DNA of 64,000 bases from an uncultured delta proteobacterium (lineage in GTDB: Bacteria > Desulfobacterota > Binatia > Binatales > Binataceae). Position 1 is the first letter of the stretch. The number at the start of each line of letters is the position of its first letter. The notes beneath the pieces were generated by a model. It did no database searches. It was not told the DNA's origin and saw only the letters and a list, made by a program, of their open reading frames with translations. Location of the stretch: assembly GCA_963794325.1 (NCBI GenBank), contig CAWCDG010000005.1:192001-256000 (forward strand). The letters run 5' to 3'. Shown one piece after another: positions 11,071 through 19,997 of this stretch. Made by a program: the position numbers and the translations under genes.

Positions 11071-13719
11071 CTAGTTCCCTTCACGCGCGAGCAACACAAC
11101 CGGAAATCGGCGCATCAGCTCGGTAAGTTTTATGTGACTAGGGCGCAATCGATCGCCGGTCAGGTGATTCCTCCATTCGCCGCGCGGCAATTCTACTTCA
11201 GTGTCTTGCCAATCGCCGCCGAGCTTCGCCACCAGCCGCGGCGCAATCGCCACGACTGATTCGCCGCGAATGAACGCGACGACGTGATCGCGACGCGCTC
11301 CGCGAACCTCGAGTGGCTCGACTCCAGCTTGCGGGCCGAACCACGCCGGATGTTTCTTGCGCAGCGCCAGACCCTGCCGAATCAGCCACAGCTTGGGCAC
11401 GCCCTCGTCGAAACGCTTCATCACCTGTTCGGGCGTTGCTTTTCTGAGATCGGCCAGCATTCGCCGGCGCAGGTCGAAATCCTGCGGCCGCCGATTGTCG
11501 GGATCCACCAACGCGAGATTCCATAGCTCTGTGCCTTGATAAAAGTCGGGCACGCCGGGCGCGACAATCTTCAACAACGTTTGTGCGAGCGAATTTATCC
11601 GCCCGGGGTGAATCAGCAACCCAACAAAGTTCGTCAGCGATTCAATGAAATCGGAGTCGTCGTAGATGCCGTCGATGAATTTCCGTACCGCCTCCTCGTA
11701 CACCGGCACCGGGTCGGTCCACGACGTATATACTTTGGCTTCGCGCTCCGCCTTTTCCGCGTAAGCGAGCATTCGCGATTTTTCGATCGGCCACGCACCG
11801 ACCATCGACTGGTAGATGTGATATTCAAAGTTTCGATCCGGCATCTCACCGGTGCGATGGCGTTCGTTTATCGCGGCCCATTCAATTACCGCACGGCTCC
11901 ATCGCTCGCGTTCTTCCGAAAGAAGAAAGAGGCGCGCCCGCACGTCTTCGCTGCGCTTGGTGTCGTGCGTCGACGTCGCCAGCATCGTGTGCGGCCAGTG
12001 ACTATGCATCCTCCGGCACCACGCGATGAATTCCGCGGGCGTGACGCCAAAACATTCCGGATCACCGCCGACTTCGTTGAGCGCCAGCATCCGGTTGAAG
12101 GAATAGAAAGCGGTGTCCTCGACACCCTTGGCCATGATGGCGGCGGAAATCTGCTGAAAGCGAAGAGCCAACTCCGCGCCCATCTTTCCGCCGGCCCGGA
12201 GACTCAGGATGTCGCGAAGGAAATCGAATAGGCGCGCGTCCAGATCTGATCGGTATGCCTTGGCGTCATCGATGGCAGCCGAGATTTGACACTCATCTTC
12301 CGTAGCAACTTCGCTCGGCTCGCGAACGTAGGTGCGATATACGGGCAGGGATGCCATTGTCGCGCGAATGACCTCGTGGGCTTCGTGCCGCGTGTAATCG
12401 CGATGCAGGCGGTCAGCCTCGCAAAGGTCCAGCAGCATCGCCGTCAGCGTGTTGATCTCGCTGCCCAGCGTATCGCGCATAGCAAATTGTTTGCGGGCAC
12501 GAACCAGCGCACCGTAGTCGGCCGACTCCCCGGTAAATTCACGGTAGAAGTCCGTCAACGGCTGTGCGCCCTCGGGATCGACGAACAATCGACCTACGAC
12601 GTTCAGAAAATCGTAACCAGTGGTGCCTTCGATTGCCCACGATTCACGAAGACTCTCAGAGCCAAGGAGAATCTTCTCCGCGACGATCCAGGTGTCGGGG
12701 CACGCTGCCCGCAAGCGCTGAAAATATTGAAGCGGATCGCGCAATCCGTCGGGATGATCGACCCTCAGTCCCGACACACGGCGCTCGGCAGCCCATCGCA
12801 TCACCAATTGATGGGTCGCGTAGAACACCCGCTCGTTTTCGATCCGGAGACCGACCAGTGAGTTGATATCGAAGAAACGCCGGTAACCGAGATCGCGCGC
12901 GGCCATTCGCCAATACGCGATGCGGTAGTTCTGCTGCTCGAGAAATTCGTGCAGCCGGTCGGGATCGGCATTCAGTTGTGAGACGACTTCGTCAATCGCG
13001 TTCGCGGCCACCCGGTCCTCGCGCAGCAGCTTTGCGAGCATTTCGGCCAGCAGCTTCTGATCGCGATGCCGCCGCGTGATGCTCACGAGATCAGTCGAGG
13101 CCGGCGACGGTAACGCGTCGAATCCGTCCGCGAGAAATGCGAGCGCTTCGCTTCCGCACTTCAGCGCCGCCGGCGCAAGGATCTGCCACAACGACCGCGG
13201 CGCTACCGGGAACACTCGATGACCGTCGTGTACTTCGAACTTGTCGCTGTCGCGAACGACCTTCAATTTTCCAGCCGCGAGCAGGACCCCGTATTGGTCC
13301 TCGAGCACTGGCATCAGCACTGTATTGTGGATGCGCCGCTCCGGCGGTTCCCAATCGACGTCGAAGAACTCCGCGAACGCGCTCGACGGCCCGTTTTCCA
13401 GAACGTCCCACCACCATGGATTCTCGCGATCGATCGCCATGTGATTCGGCACGATGTCGAGCAGATTGCCCATGCCGGATCTTTCGAGCGCGGCGCACAT
13501 TCTGTCGAAGGCGGGATCGCCGCCCAACTCCCGGCTCACTTTCGAGTGATCGACGACGTCGTAGCCGTGAGTGCTGCCCGGCGCGGCTTGAAACAAAGGC
13601 GAGCAATAGAGATGGTCGATACCCAGTTCTTCCAGGTACGGAATAATCTTCGCCGCATCGTCGAAGCCGAACTGACTATTCAACTGGATGCGGTAAGTGG
13701 ATAGCGGTTCACGCAGCAC
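11071..13719 (-). CDS. treY: Malto-oligosyltrehalose synthase
   Basis: STYRIQ, GSTHGYDVVD, DIVPNHM, GLRVDHPDGL, TSTHDTKRSED, GVPDFYQG, LVDPDNRRP. Confidence 0.96.
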   Translation of the reverse strand: MLREPLSTYRIQLNSQFGFDDAAKIIPYLEELGIDHLYCSPLFQAAPGSTHGYDVVDHSKVSRELGGDPAFDRMCAALERSGMGNLLDIVPNHMAIDRENPWWWDVLENGPSSAFAEFFDVDWEPPERRIHNTVLMPVLEDQYGVLLAAGKLKVVRDSDKFEVHDGHRVFPVAPRSLWQILAPAALKCGSEALAFLADGFDALPSPASTDLVSITRRHRDQKLLAEMLAKLLREDRVAANAIDEVVSQLNADPDRLHEFLEQQNYRIAYWRMAARDLGYRRFFDINSLVGLRIENERVFYATHQLVMRWAAERRVSGLRVDHPDGLRDPLQYFQRLRAACPDTWIVAEKILLGSESLRESWAIEGTTGYDFLNVVGRLFVDPEGAQPLTDFYREFTGESADYGALVRARKQFAMRDTLGSEINTLTAMLLDLCEADRLHRDYTRHEAHEVIRATMASLPVYRTYVREPSEVATEDECQISAAIDDAKAYRSDLDARLFDFLRDILSLRAGGKMGAELALRFQQISAAIMAKGVEDTAFYSFNRMLALNEVGGDPECFGVTPAEFIAWCRRMHSHWPHTMLATSTHDTKRSEDVRARLFLLSEERERWSRAVIEWAAINERHRTGEMPDRNFEYHIYQSMVGAWPIEKSRMLAYAEKAEREAKVYTSWTDPVPVYEEAVRKFIDGIYDDSDFIESLTNFVGLLIHPGRINSLAQTLLKIVAPGVPDFYQGTELWNLALVDPDNRRPQDFDLRRRMLADLRKATPEQVMKRFDEGVPKLWLIRQGLALRKKHPAWFGPQAGVEPLEVRGARRDHVVAFIRGESVVAIAPRLVAKLGGDWQDTEVELPRGEWRNHLTGDRLRPSHIKLTELMRRFPVVLLAREGN

Positions 13720-13971
13720 GGCGCATTACGACCAGCGATCGCGATTCAATATTTATCTTTGTGCCGGCGGATCGCTGCCATTGGTCCTCGGCGGGCGCAT
13801 CCCCGTTCCTCGTGTCCAGCACCCTGGTCCAGCTCTGACCCCGTATTTCAGGAGGTAGCACGAACTCCACAGGTTCCCAATGAGCGTTGAAGAAAAGTTT
13901 ACCCCCGCCCCGTCCCCGTTCGCCCCTTGCGGGTAAGGGTTCCCGGGCATCGTTCTGATCGTGCCGTTCAT
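13709..13971 (-). pseudogene. glgX: Glycogen debranching enzyme remnant: extreme N-terminus joined out of frame to extreme C-terminus
   Basis: PGNPYPQGANGDGAGVNFS (GlgX N-terminal motif) abuts LFFNAHWEPVEFVLP...WTRVLDT...RSLVVMRR (GlgX C-terminal motif) at ~13893-13900; usual position upstream of treY. Confidence 0.8.
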
Positions 13972-14033
13972 CGGGCAATGGACATCTCGTTCAGTTTGGA
14001 AGTTTGAGTCAAAAATTTTTCCCGGCCTGAATC

Positions 14034-14049
14034 AGCAAGAGCAAGGCCA
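14034..14049 (-). promoter_or_regulatory. Putative sigma54 (-24/-12) promoter for the glgX-treY-treZ operon
   Basis: Minus strand TGGCCTTGCTCTTGCT = GG-N10-GC with TTGC, ~60 nt upstream of the glgX remnant ATG; AT-rich tract upstream. Confidence 0.45.
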
Positions 14050-14383
14050 ATAAAAGGTTCCAAACCTCTTAAGTTTTTTCGAGATCGACAAGTAATATTT
14101 ACAAATTTTGAAGCAGCTATGAATAAATTACCTGGCCAGGAAACCTCAATCGGTTGCGCCTCTCACCTACGCCAACTTTTGCGAGACCGTGATGGAATCC
14201 GCGCAGGCTGCGATATGTAACTAATCCTAGTTAAGAAAAAACTACTGATTTCACGGGTGCGGCTGACCGCTGTTCACGTTACGCCTACGCAATTTCGCGG
14301 CACATTGATTGCTTCTTTGCCGTTGAATCGATCGTAAAGAACAGCTTGAACGCCCTGTCGAGCATCGATGGAGAAATGGTCAA

Positions 14384-14680
14384 ATGCCCGGAGCAGGCGC
14401 GGCTGACTTCGTCAAAACCTCGTCTGTTGAGGATTGTAACTACGCCGCGGTGATCCTTGCGGGAGGCGACGGCGTTCGTCTCAGTTCCTTCAGCCGCGAG
14501 GTCTTCGGCTATCACCTCCCGAAAGAATTCTGCCCCGCTGTTCGAGGGCAAGACCTTGCTCGAGCAGACAATGTACCGGGTCTCGCTGCTCGTACCTCCC
14601 TCGCAAACGTTGACGGTGCTGAATCGCGCCCATCGCCAATTCTATTCTCCGTTACTCAACGGAACTGCTACCAGCAACCT
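14384..14680 (+). pseudogene. N-terminal fragment of a sugar-phosphate nucleotidyltransferase (mannose-1-P guanylyltransferase-like), frameshifted and truncated
   Basis: AVILAGGDGVRL...PKEFCP, then in another frame LFEGKTLLEQTMYRV...LTVLNRAH; similarity ends ~14680. Confidence 0.75.
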
Positions 14681-14839
14681 GTATTTTGGGAGGAAACCAA
14701 AGTGTCCGCAGAAGCCAACCCTTCGCAGTTACCGGCGGTCAAGAACAGATCAGTCGAAGCAAAGCGGTTCAGGATCATAAGTGAGAAATACACCGGCCCA
14801 GACTTACGTGAATTTCCGATCGCATCCACCGTCCCGAGC

Positions 14840-15004
14840 ATGCCCCTGGCTATCCGCGACGAAGTCCTCGACCTATACGCGTTTCTCTTCTGCCAGGGCG
14901 GATTTCGGCATCTTGGCATGACCTTCGAACAATTCCTGCTGGTGCTCGCGACTTTCAAGCCGGCCGACTTGACGGCAACTATCAAAGAAACAATTGGGTA
15001 TTGA
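14840..15004 (+). CDS. Small hypothetical protein (start uncertain)
   Basis: Protein-like 54-aa tail of ORF 14384-15004 (LYAFLFCQGGF...MTFEQFLLV). Confidence 0.3.
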   Translation: MPLAIRDEVLDLYAFLFCQGGFRHLGMTFEQFLLVLATFKPADLTATIKETIGY

Positions 15005-15025
15005 ATCTTAAGCGTAGGCGGATAG

Positions 15026-15250
15026 ATGAATAGAAACAGCGTGGCGACAATCGGCCATTTCACTAAAGACGAACCCGGCTTGCTCGACGGCCAGTGGCAC
15101 TATGTCAGCGTAAGCTATGGCGGCAAGCAGATGGGATTACTGGTCGAGACCGACGACGAAGATGAGGCATGGCAGGAAGCAGAAGACCTGCGCCGCGCCT
15201 TCGGCGCCGACGCCAGAATCACCGCCGTCCAGAAAGTCGTCGTCCAATAA
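15026..15250 (+). CDS. Small acidic hypothetical protein
   Basis: 74 aa, ATG with upstream AGGCGGA, codon usage like host genes. Confidence 0.55.
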   Translation: MNRNSVATIGHFTKDEPGLLDGQWHYVSVSYGGKQMGLLVETDDEDEAWQEAEDLRRAFGADARITAVQKVVVQ

Positions 15251-15362
15251 TCTTGTCCGCGCTTCGGACGTCCTGGCCTGCCCACATTTTCTTTTTCGCC
15301 GAATCCAAGGCTTGAAGCATAAGATGTCCTCACCGCTAACGCCGGACGCCGGAGTGTCTGTC

Positions 15363-15450
15363 GAGATTCTTCGCTACAGCAGCTTTCACTCAGAATGACA
15401 CGAATGGCGGGCTCGGCTTCTTGTGTCATCCTGAGCGCAGCGAAGGATTT
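15363..15450. repeat. REP-like imperfect inverted repeat (TGTCATCCTGAG/CTCAGAATGACA type)
   Basis: CTCAGAATGACAC (15389-15401) vs GTGTCATCCTGAG (15423-15435), 1 mismatch; outer arms TTCGCT/AGCGAA; lies between convergent genes. Confidence 0.6.
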
Positions 15451-15544
15451 CGCGCGGCAGCGCGCTTCGCACCGACACCCGTCAAATCGCCCTGGGTTGT
15501 CACAGCATTTTTGCTATGTTTGGAAAAATACCTGAATCGATGAC

Positions 15545-16300
15545 TTACGGGGACGTAGCAACCAAAAACTCCATCACCACTTCCTTGAATCGCGGATCAC
15601 CCGGGGCCGTCATATGGTCGCGGCCTTCGAGCATCACCAGCCGCGCTCCCGGGATCATTGTCGCCAAAGGCTTGGGATCGCCGATCGCGTTGTCGTTGGC
15701 TCCTATGACGATCAGCACCGGCAGCCGCACTGCCGCGAGCCTGGCGGGATCGAACGGCGACCGTTCCGCGTCAATCAGCGCGGCCAGCGCCTTCAGGTCG
15801 TTGGGCATCGACTCTGCAAATCGCCGGTACGCTTTTGCCACCGGACTCTTGATCGTCGCGGGATCGTCGGCGCGATAAGCCTCTGCAATCGCGTCGCGAT
15901 CCGCTTTGTCCTCGAGCCCGTCGTCGTATGCGATTCCACCGAGCACGATCGCGCGGAAGCGCTCCGGACACGACAGCATTAGCTCGATCGCGATGCTCGC
16001 GCCCATCGAGTAGCCGATCAGGATCGCGCGCTCGATTCCAAGATGGTCCATCAGGCGCGTCACGTCGGCACCCATACTCGCGTAACCGTACGCCTCGGGC
16101 GCATGCGGCTGGTCGCTCAGTCCATGCCCGCGAACGTCGGGCGCAATCACCCGATACCTCTCCGACAGCGTGGCCATCCACCCGGTGCCGCCCCAGTTAT
16201 GCGCCGCCGTCGAAGCAAAACCATGCACCAGCACGACGGCCTCGCCCGCGCCAACGTCCTGATAGTGAATCCTGACGCCCACTGAATCGAAATACGGCAT
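15545..16300 (-). CDS. Alpha/beta-fold hydrolase
   Basis: LVHGF, DVRGHGLS, GYSMG nucleophile elbow, C-terminal His (RDHM). Confidence 0.92.
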   Translation of the reverse strand: MPYFDSVGVRIHYQDVGAGEAVVLVHGFASTAAHNWGGTGWMATLSERYRVIAPDVRGHGLSDQPHAPEAYGYASMGADVTRLMDHLGIERAILIGYSMGASIAIELMLSCPERFRAIVLGGIAYDDGLEDKADRDAIAEAYRADDPATIKSPVAKAYRRFAESMPNDLKALAALIDAERSPFDPARLAAVRLPVLIVIGANDNAIGDPKPLATMIPGARLVMLEGRDHMTAPGDPRFKEVVMEFLVATSP

Positions 16301-16351
16301 CGCGAAATCTCCTCGCCTGATACCTTAATCGTTGGCCGTCGTATCTGTATA

Positions 16352-17011
16352 ATGATGCAGACGATGGCGATTGACCTCGAAAGTGCGCGAGAGCGGATGG
16401 TGCTCGAGCAGCTCGAACGCCGCGGCATCAAAGATCCGCGCGTGCTCGAGGCGATGCGCACCGTACCGCGCCATCGATTCCTTCCCGCGGAGCTTCACGA
16501 TCACGCCTACGACGATGGTCCGCTGCCGATTGGCGACTCGCAGACCATCTCGCAGCCCTACATGGTCGCGCTGATGAGCGAAGTCGCCGAGCTCACCGGC
16601 ACCGAGAAAGTTCTCGAAGTCGGCACCGGCTCCGGCTACCAGACCGCGGTGCTCGCGCGCCTCGCGCGCATCGTCGTTTCGGTCGAGCTCAACGCTCATC
16701 TTCACGATCGCGCCCGTGTGATTCTCAATTCGATTGGCGTCGGCAACGTCTATCTTCGATGCGGCGACGGTTCGGACGGATGGCCCGAAGAAGCGCCGTT
16801 CGACGTGGTGATGGTAACGGCGGCGATGCCCGGCATCGCGCTGCCGCTGCTGAATCAACTGACGCCGCAAGGCCGTTTGATAGCGCCGATCGGCGAAGAC
16901 GAACTCCAGACCCTGGTGCGTATCAGCCGCAGGACGGGTCGCTGGAACGAGGAATATTTCGGCGAGTGCCGATTCGTAAAGATGACCGGCAAGCTCGGCT
17001 TCCAGGATTAG
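16352..17011 (+). CDS. pcm: Protein-L-isoaspartate O-methyltransferase
   Basis: VPRHRF, QTISQPYMVA, VLEVGTGSGYQTAVL, GWPEEAPFD. Confidence 0.96.
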   Translation: MMQTMAIDLESARERMVLEQLERRGIKDPRVLEAMRTVPRHRFLPAELHDHAYDDGPLPIGDSQTISQPYMVALMSEVAELTGTEKVLEVGTGSGYQTAVLARLARIVVSVELNAHLHDRARVILNSIGVGNVYLRCGDGSDGWPEEAPFDVVMVTAAMPGIALPLLNQLTPQGRLIAPIGEDELQTLVRISRRTGRWNEEYFGECRFVKMTGKLGFQD

Positions 17012-17049
17012 CGTACTGACATTTCGTATTTCACGGGACCCGCAGGGAT

Positions 17050-17853
17050 GTGGTGCGGGGCGGTGACGGAGCGGCGGATGACGTGATCGAGGCGGGGACT
17101 AGCAGACACACGCGATGGATCTCGCGCGCGAGCGCGGTGGTCGCGATCGCGATTTCAATCGCGCTGGCCGGATGCGGCGATAGCACGCCGCCTTCGAGCA
17201 GACTCCCGATTGGTCCGCAACGCCCAGTCACTCACGTCGTCGCGCCGGGCGAGACTGTCTATCGTATCGCTACCGAATACGGGGTCAGTGTCGGGCGCCT
17301 CATGACGGCGAACGGGATCGGCGATCCGCGCGAGTTGCGCGTAGGCGAGGTGCTGACGATTCCCGGCGCATATCGCGCTGTTTCGATCGGCACAGCGTCC
17401 AGCGGAGTGCATCGATATGCCGGCGAGCGCGCATCGCGGCAATTCTCATGGCCGGTGCAGAATGGAGTGGTATCGTCGGGATTCGGAATCCGCAACGGCG
17501 CGATGCACAGCGGCGTCGACATCGCTGCGCCCGTCGGCACTCCGGTTCTTGCCGCGGACAGTGGCACTGTGATTTTTTCGGGCACCCTCCACGGTTACGG
17601 CAACACTGTGATCATCCGTCACGACGACGAGTACGCTACGGTTTATGGGCATAACTCGCGCAATCTTGTGGTCGAAGGCGCGCGAGTCTCACGCGGACAG
17701 GAGATCGGCGAGATCGGACGCACCGGACACACCACCGGCGCCAATCTCCATTTCGAAGTGCGCCACGACAACCTCGCCCAAGATCCGCTCGCGTATCTGC
17801 CAGAGCCCGCGACCTCCGATGGAATCAGCTTTGCCGCGGCCGGCGGCAGCTAG
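17050..17853 (+). CDS. nlpD: LysM + M23 peptidase lipoprotein (NlpD-like), start uncertain
   Basis: Lipobox LAGC, LysM (HVVAPGETVYRIA), HSGVD, YGHN, LHFEVR; pcm-nlpD synteny. Confidence 0.85.
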   Translation: MVRGGDGAADDVIEAGTSRHTRWISRASAVVAIAISIALAGCGDSTPPSSRLPIGPQRPVTHVVAPGETVYRIATEYGVSVGRLMTANGIGDPRELRVGEVLTIPGAYRAVSIGTASSGVHRYAGERASRQFSWPVQNGVVSSGFGIRNGAMHSGVDIAAPVGTPVLAADSGTVIFSGTLHGYGNTVIIRHDDEYATVYGHNSRNLVVEGARVSRGQEIGEIGRTGHTTGANLHFEVRHDNLAQDPLAYLPEPATSDGISFAAAGGS

Positions 17854-17908
17854 TATCTTTGACCACCGCACGCGCGACGCGCGCGACGCCACTGCGATGG
17901 AATCAAGG

Positions 17909-18430
17909 ATGACTGCCGAAGAAATCAAAAAGCTCATTCGCAACATACCGGACTTTCCGAAGCCCGGAATAATGTTCAGAGACTTCACTCCGCTGATCGC
18001 CGACGCGCGCGGTTTCGCGGCGGTGGTCGATCAGTTGGCCGAGCCTTATCTCGGTAAAGTTGACGCCGTCGTCGGAATCGAATCGCGCGGCTTCATCATC
18101 GGCGCGCCCGTCGCGTATCGATTGGGCGTGGGCCTCGCAATCGCGCGCAAGCCCGGCAAGCTCCCCTTTCATACTTACGATCAGGCGTACGATCTGGAGT
18201 ACGGCAGCGCGTCGTTGCAGATGCATCAGGACGCGCTTGCCGGCAAAGGTCGCGTGCTCCTGGTTGACGACCTGCTGGCGACTGGCGGCACTGCGTCCGC
18301 GGCGATACAACTGATCAATAAAATCGGTGGCAACGTGATCGGATGCGCATTCGTGGTCGAGCTCAACGCGCTCAACGGACGCGCTCGTCTCGCACCAGTA
18401 AACTGCTTCTCGCTGATACACTATGATTAA
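17909..18430 (+). CDS. apt: Adenine phosphoribosyltransferase
   Basis: IPDFPKPGIMFRD, GIESRGF, RKPGKLP, VDDLLATGGT. Confidence 0.96.
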   Translation: MTAEEIKKLIRNIPDFPKPGIMFRDFTPLIADARGFAAVVDQLAEPYLGKVDAVVGIESRGFIIGAPVAYRLGVGLAIARKPGKLPFHTYDQAYDLEYGSASLQMHQDALAGKGRVLLVDDLLATGGTASAAIQLINKIGGNVIGCAFVVELNALNGRARLAPVNCFSLIHYD

Positions 18431-18433
18431 ACA

Positions 18434-19357
18434 ATGCGTACTCCGGCCGACAATCACGCACCGAGCGCGGATGCTCATGCACAATCGGATCAGCGCCGCC
18501 TCCTGATCGTCCTCGGCGTCACGTCGGCATATTTCGCGACCGAACTCATCGGCGGCTACCTGACCGGGAGCCTCGCGCTGCTCTCCGATGCGGTCCACAT
18601 GCTCACCGACATCTGTGCGCTATGCCTCGGCATGCTGACGCTGTGGATTTCGACGCGGCCCGCCTCGTCGGCGAAAACCTACGGCTACCTCCGCGCTGAG
18701 ATCCTCGGCGCACTGCTGAATGGACTCTTCCTTTGGGTGCTCGTTGTCTTCATCTGGATCGAGGCGTTCGGACGGCTCAGAAACCCGCGCCCGGTTTCGG
18801 GGCTGGCCGTGATGGCGATCGCTATCGTCGGCATCTGCGTCAACACCTTCTCCGCGTGGATGACCTCTGCCGACGCGGCCGGCGGTCACCGACACGGAAT
18901 GGCTATGCGATCGGTCTTCGTGCACGTCGCTTCCGATCTCATCGGCTCGATCGGCGTGCTCGCGTCAGGCGCACTGAACTATTTCACCGGATGGATGCAG
19001 GCCGACCCCGCAGTGAGCATATTTATAGGATGCCTGGTGCTGTACGGCTCGTGGGGCCTGGTGCGCGAGGGCGTCGACATCCTGATGGAATCGGTGCCGC
19101 GACATATCGACCTCGACGAAATGCGCACCGACCTGCTGGCGGTCAGCGGCACCGAAGAAGTTCACGACCTTCACGTCTGGTGCCTGACAACGCGGCAAAT
19201 AGCGCTATCGGCGCATGCGGTGGTCGCAGCGGGCGCGGATCGCGATCGAGTGCTCGCCGACATGTGCCATCTGCTGCAGACCAAGTTCGACATCCATCAC
19301 CTGACCTTGCAACTCGAATGCGACAATCGACGCCCTCACGAGCCGGAACATTTCTGA
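18434..19357 (+). CDS. Cation diffusion facilitator (CzcD/ZitB-like Zn/Co/Cd efflux)
   Basis: SLALLSDAVHMLTD, TYGYLRAE, HVASD, VHDLHVW. Confidence 0.93.
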   Translation: MRTPADNHAPSADAHAQSDQRRLLIVLGVTSAYFATELIGGYLTGSLALLSDAVHMLTDICALCLGMLTLWISTRPASSAKTYGYLRAEILGALLNGLFLWVLVVFIWIEAFGRLRNPRPVSGLAVMAIAIVGICVNTFSAWMTSADAAGGHRHGMAMRSVFVHVASDLIGSIGVLASGALNYFTGWMQADPAVSIFIGCLVLYGSWGLVREGVDILMESVPRHIDLDEMRTDLLAVSGTEEVHDLHVWCLTTRQIALSAHAVVAAGADRDRVLADMCHLLQTKFDIHHLTLQLECDNRRPHEPEHF

Positions 19358-19361
19358 TCGT

Positions 19362-19997
19362 ATGAATACTGGAAAAACCATCTTCTACGACCTCAACACG
19401 CAGCGCGATTTCATCCTGCACGACGGCAAATTTCACATCGAAGGCGCCGAAGATCTCATACCGAAGTGGAAAGCGATTACCGATCTCGCACGCGAGGAGC
19501 AGGTCCGCGTCGTATGCTCGGTCGATTGTCATGTCGCCGGTGACCCGCAGCTGAAAAGTTGGGGCGGACCGTATCCCGATCATTGCATGGCGGGCACTCC
19601 CGGCCAGGAAAAAATCGACGAAACCAAACCGCTCAATCCGTTAACGCTGGAAAACCGCGAATACACGGCCGACGAGATTCAGAAAGTTCTCAATCACCCT
19701 GGAGAGATCGTTTTTCGGCGCCAGCAATTCGAAAAGCTTGCGGACAACCCCCACCTGAGCGCGATCCTGCGGCTCGTCCTGCACCCCTACACCGACATCG
19801 TGATGTACGGCGTGTACACCGAGGCATGCGTCGCGCGCGAGATTAGCGGGCTGATGGGCGTCGGCCCGAAACTCCATATCATCACCGACGCCGTCGCCGT
19901 TGCCGGGGAGGAAACCCCAACCTTCCACGAAAAATTGCAGCAGGAAGGCGTCGATCTGCTCTCCTTCGACGAATTGAAACTGCGGATCCTCAACTGA
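19362..19997 (+). CDS. Cysteine hydrolase/isochorismatase family (nicotinamidase-like)
   Basis: TQRDF, VDCH, YPDHCMAGTPG, GVYTEACV. Confidence 0.8.
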   Translation: MNTGKTIFYDLNTQRDFILHDGKFHIEGAEDLIPKWKAITDLAREEQVRVVCSVDCHVAGDPQLKSWGGPYPDHCMAGTPGQEKIDETKPLNPLTLENREYTADEIQKVLNHPGEIVFRRQQFEKLADNPHLSAILRLVLHPYTDIVMYGVYTEACVAREISGLMGVGPKLHIITDAVAVAGEETPTFHEKLQQEGVDLLSFDELKLRILN

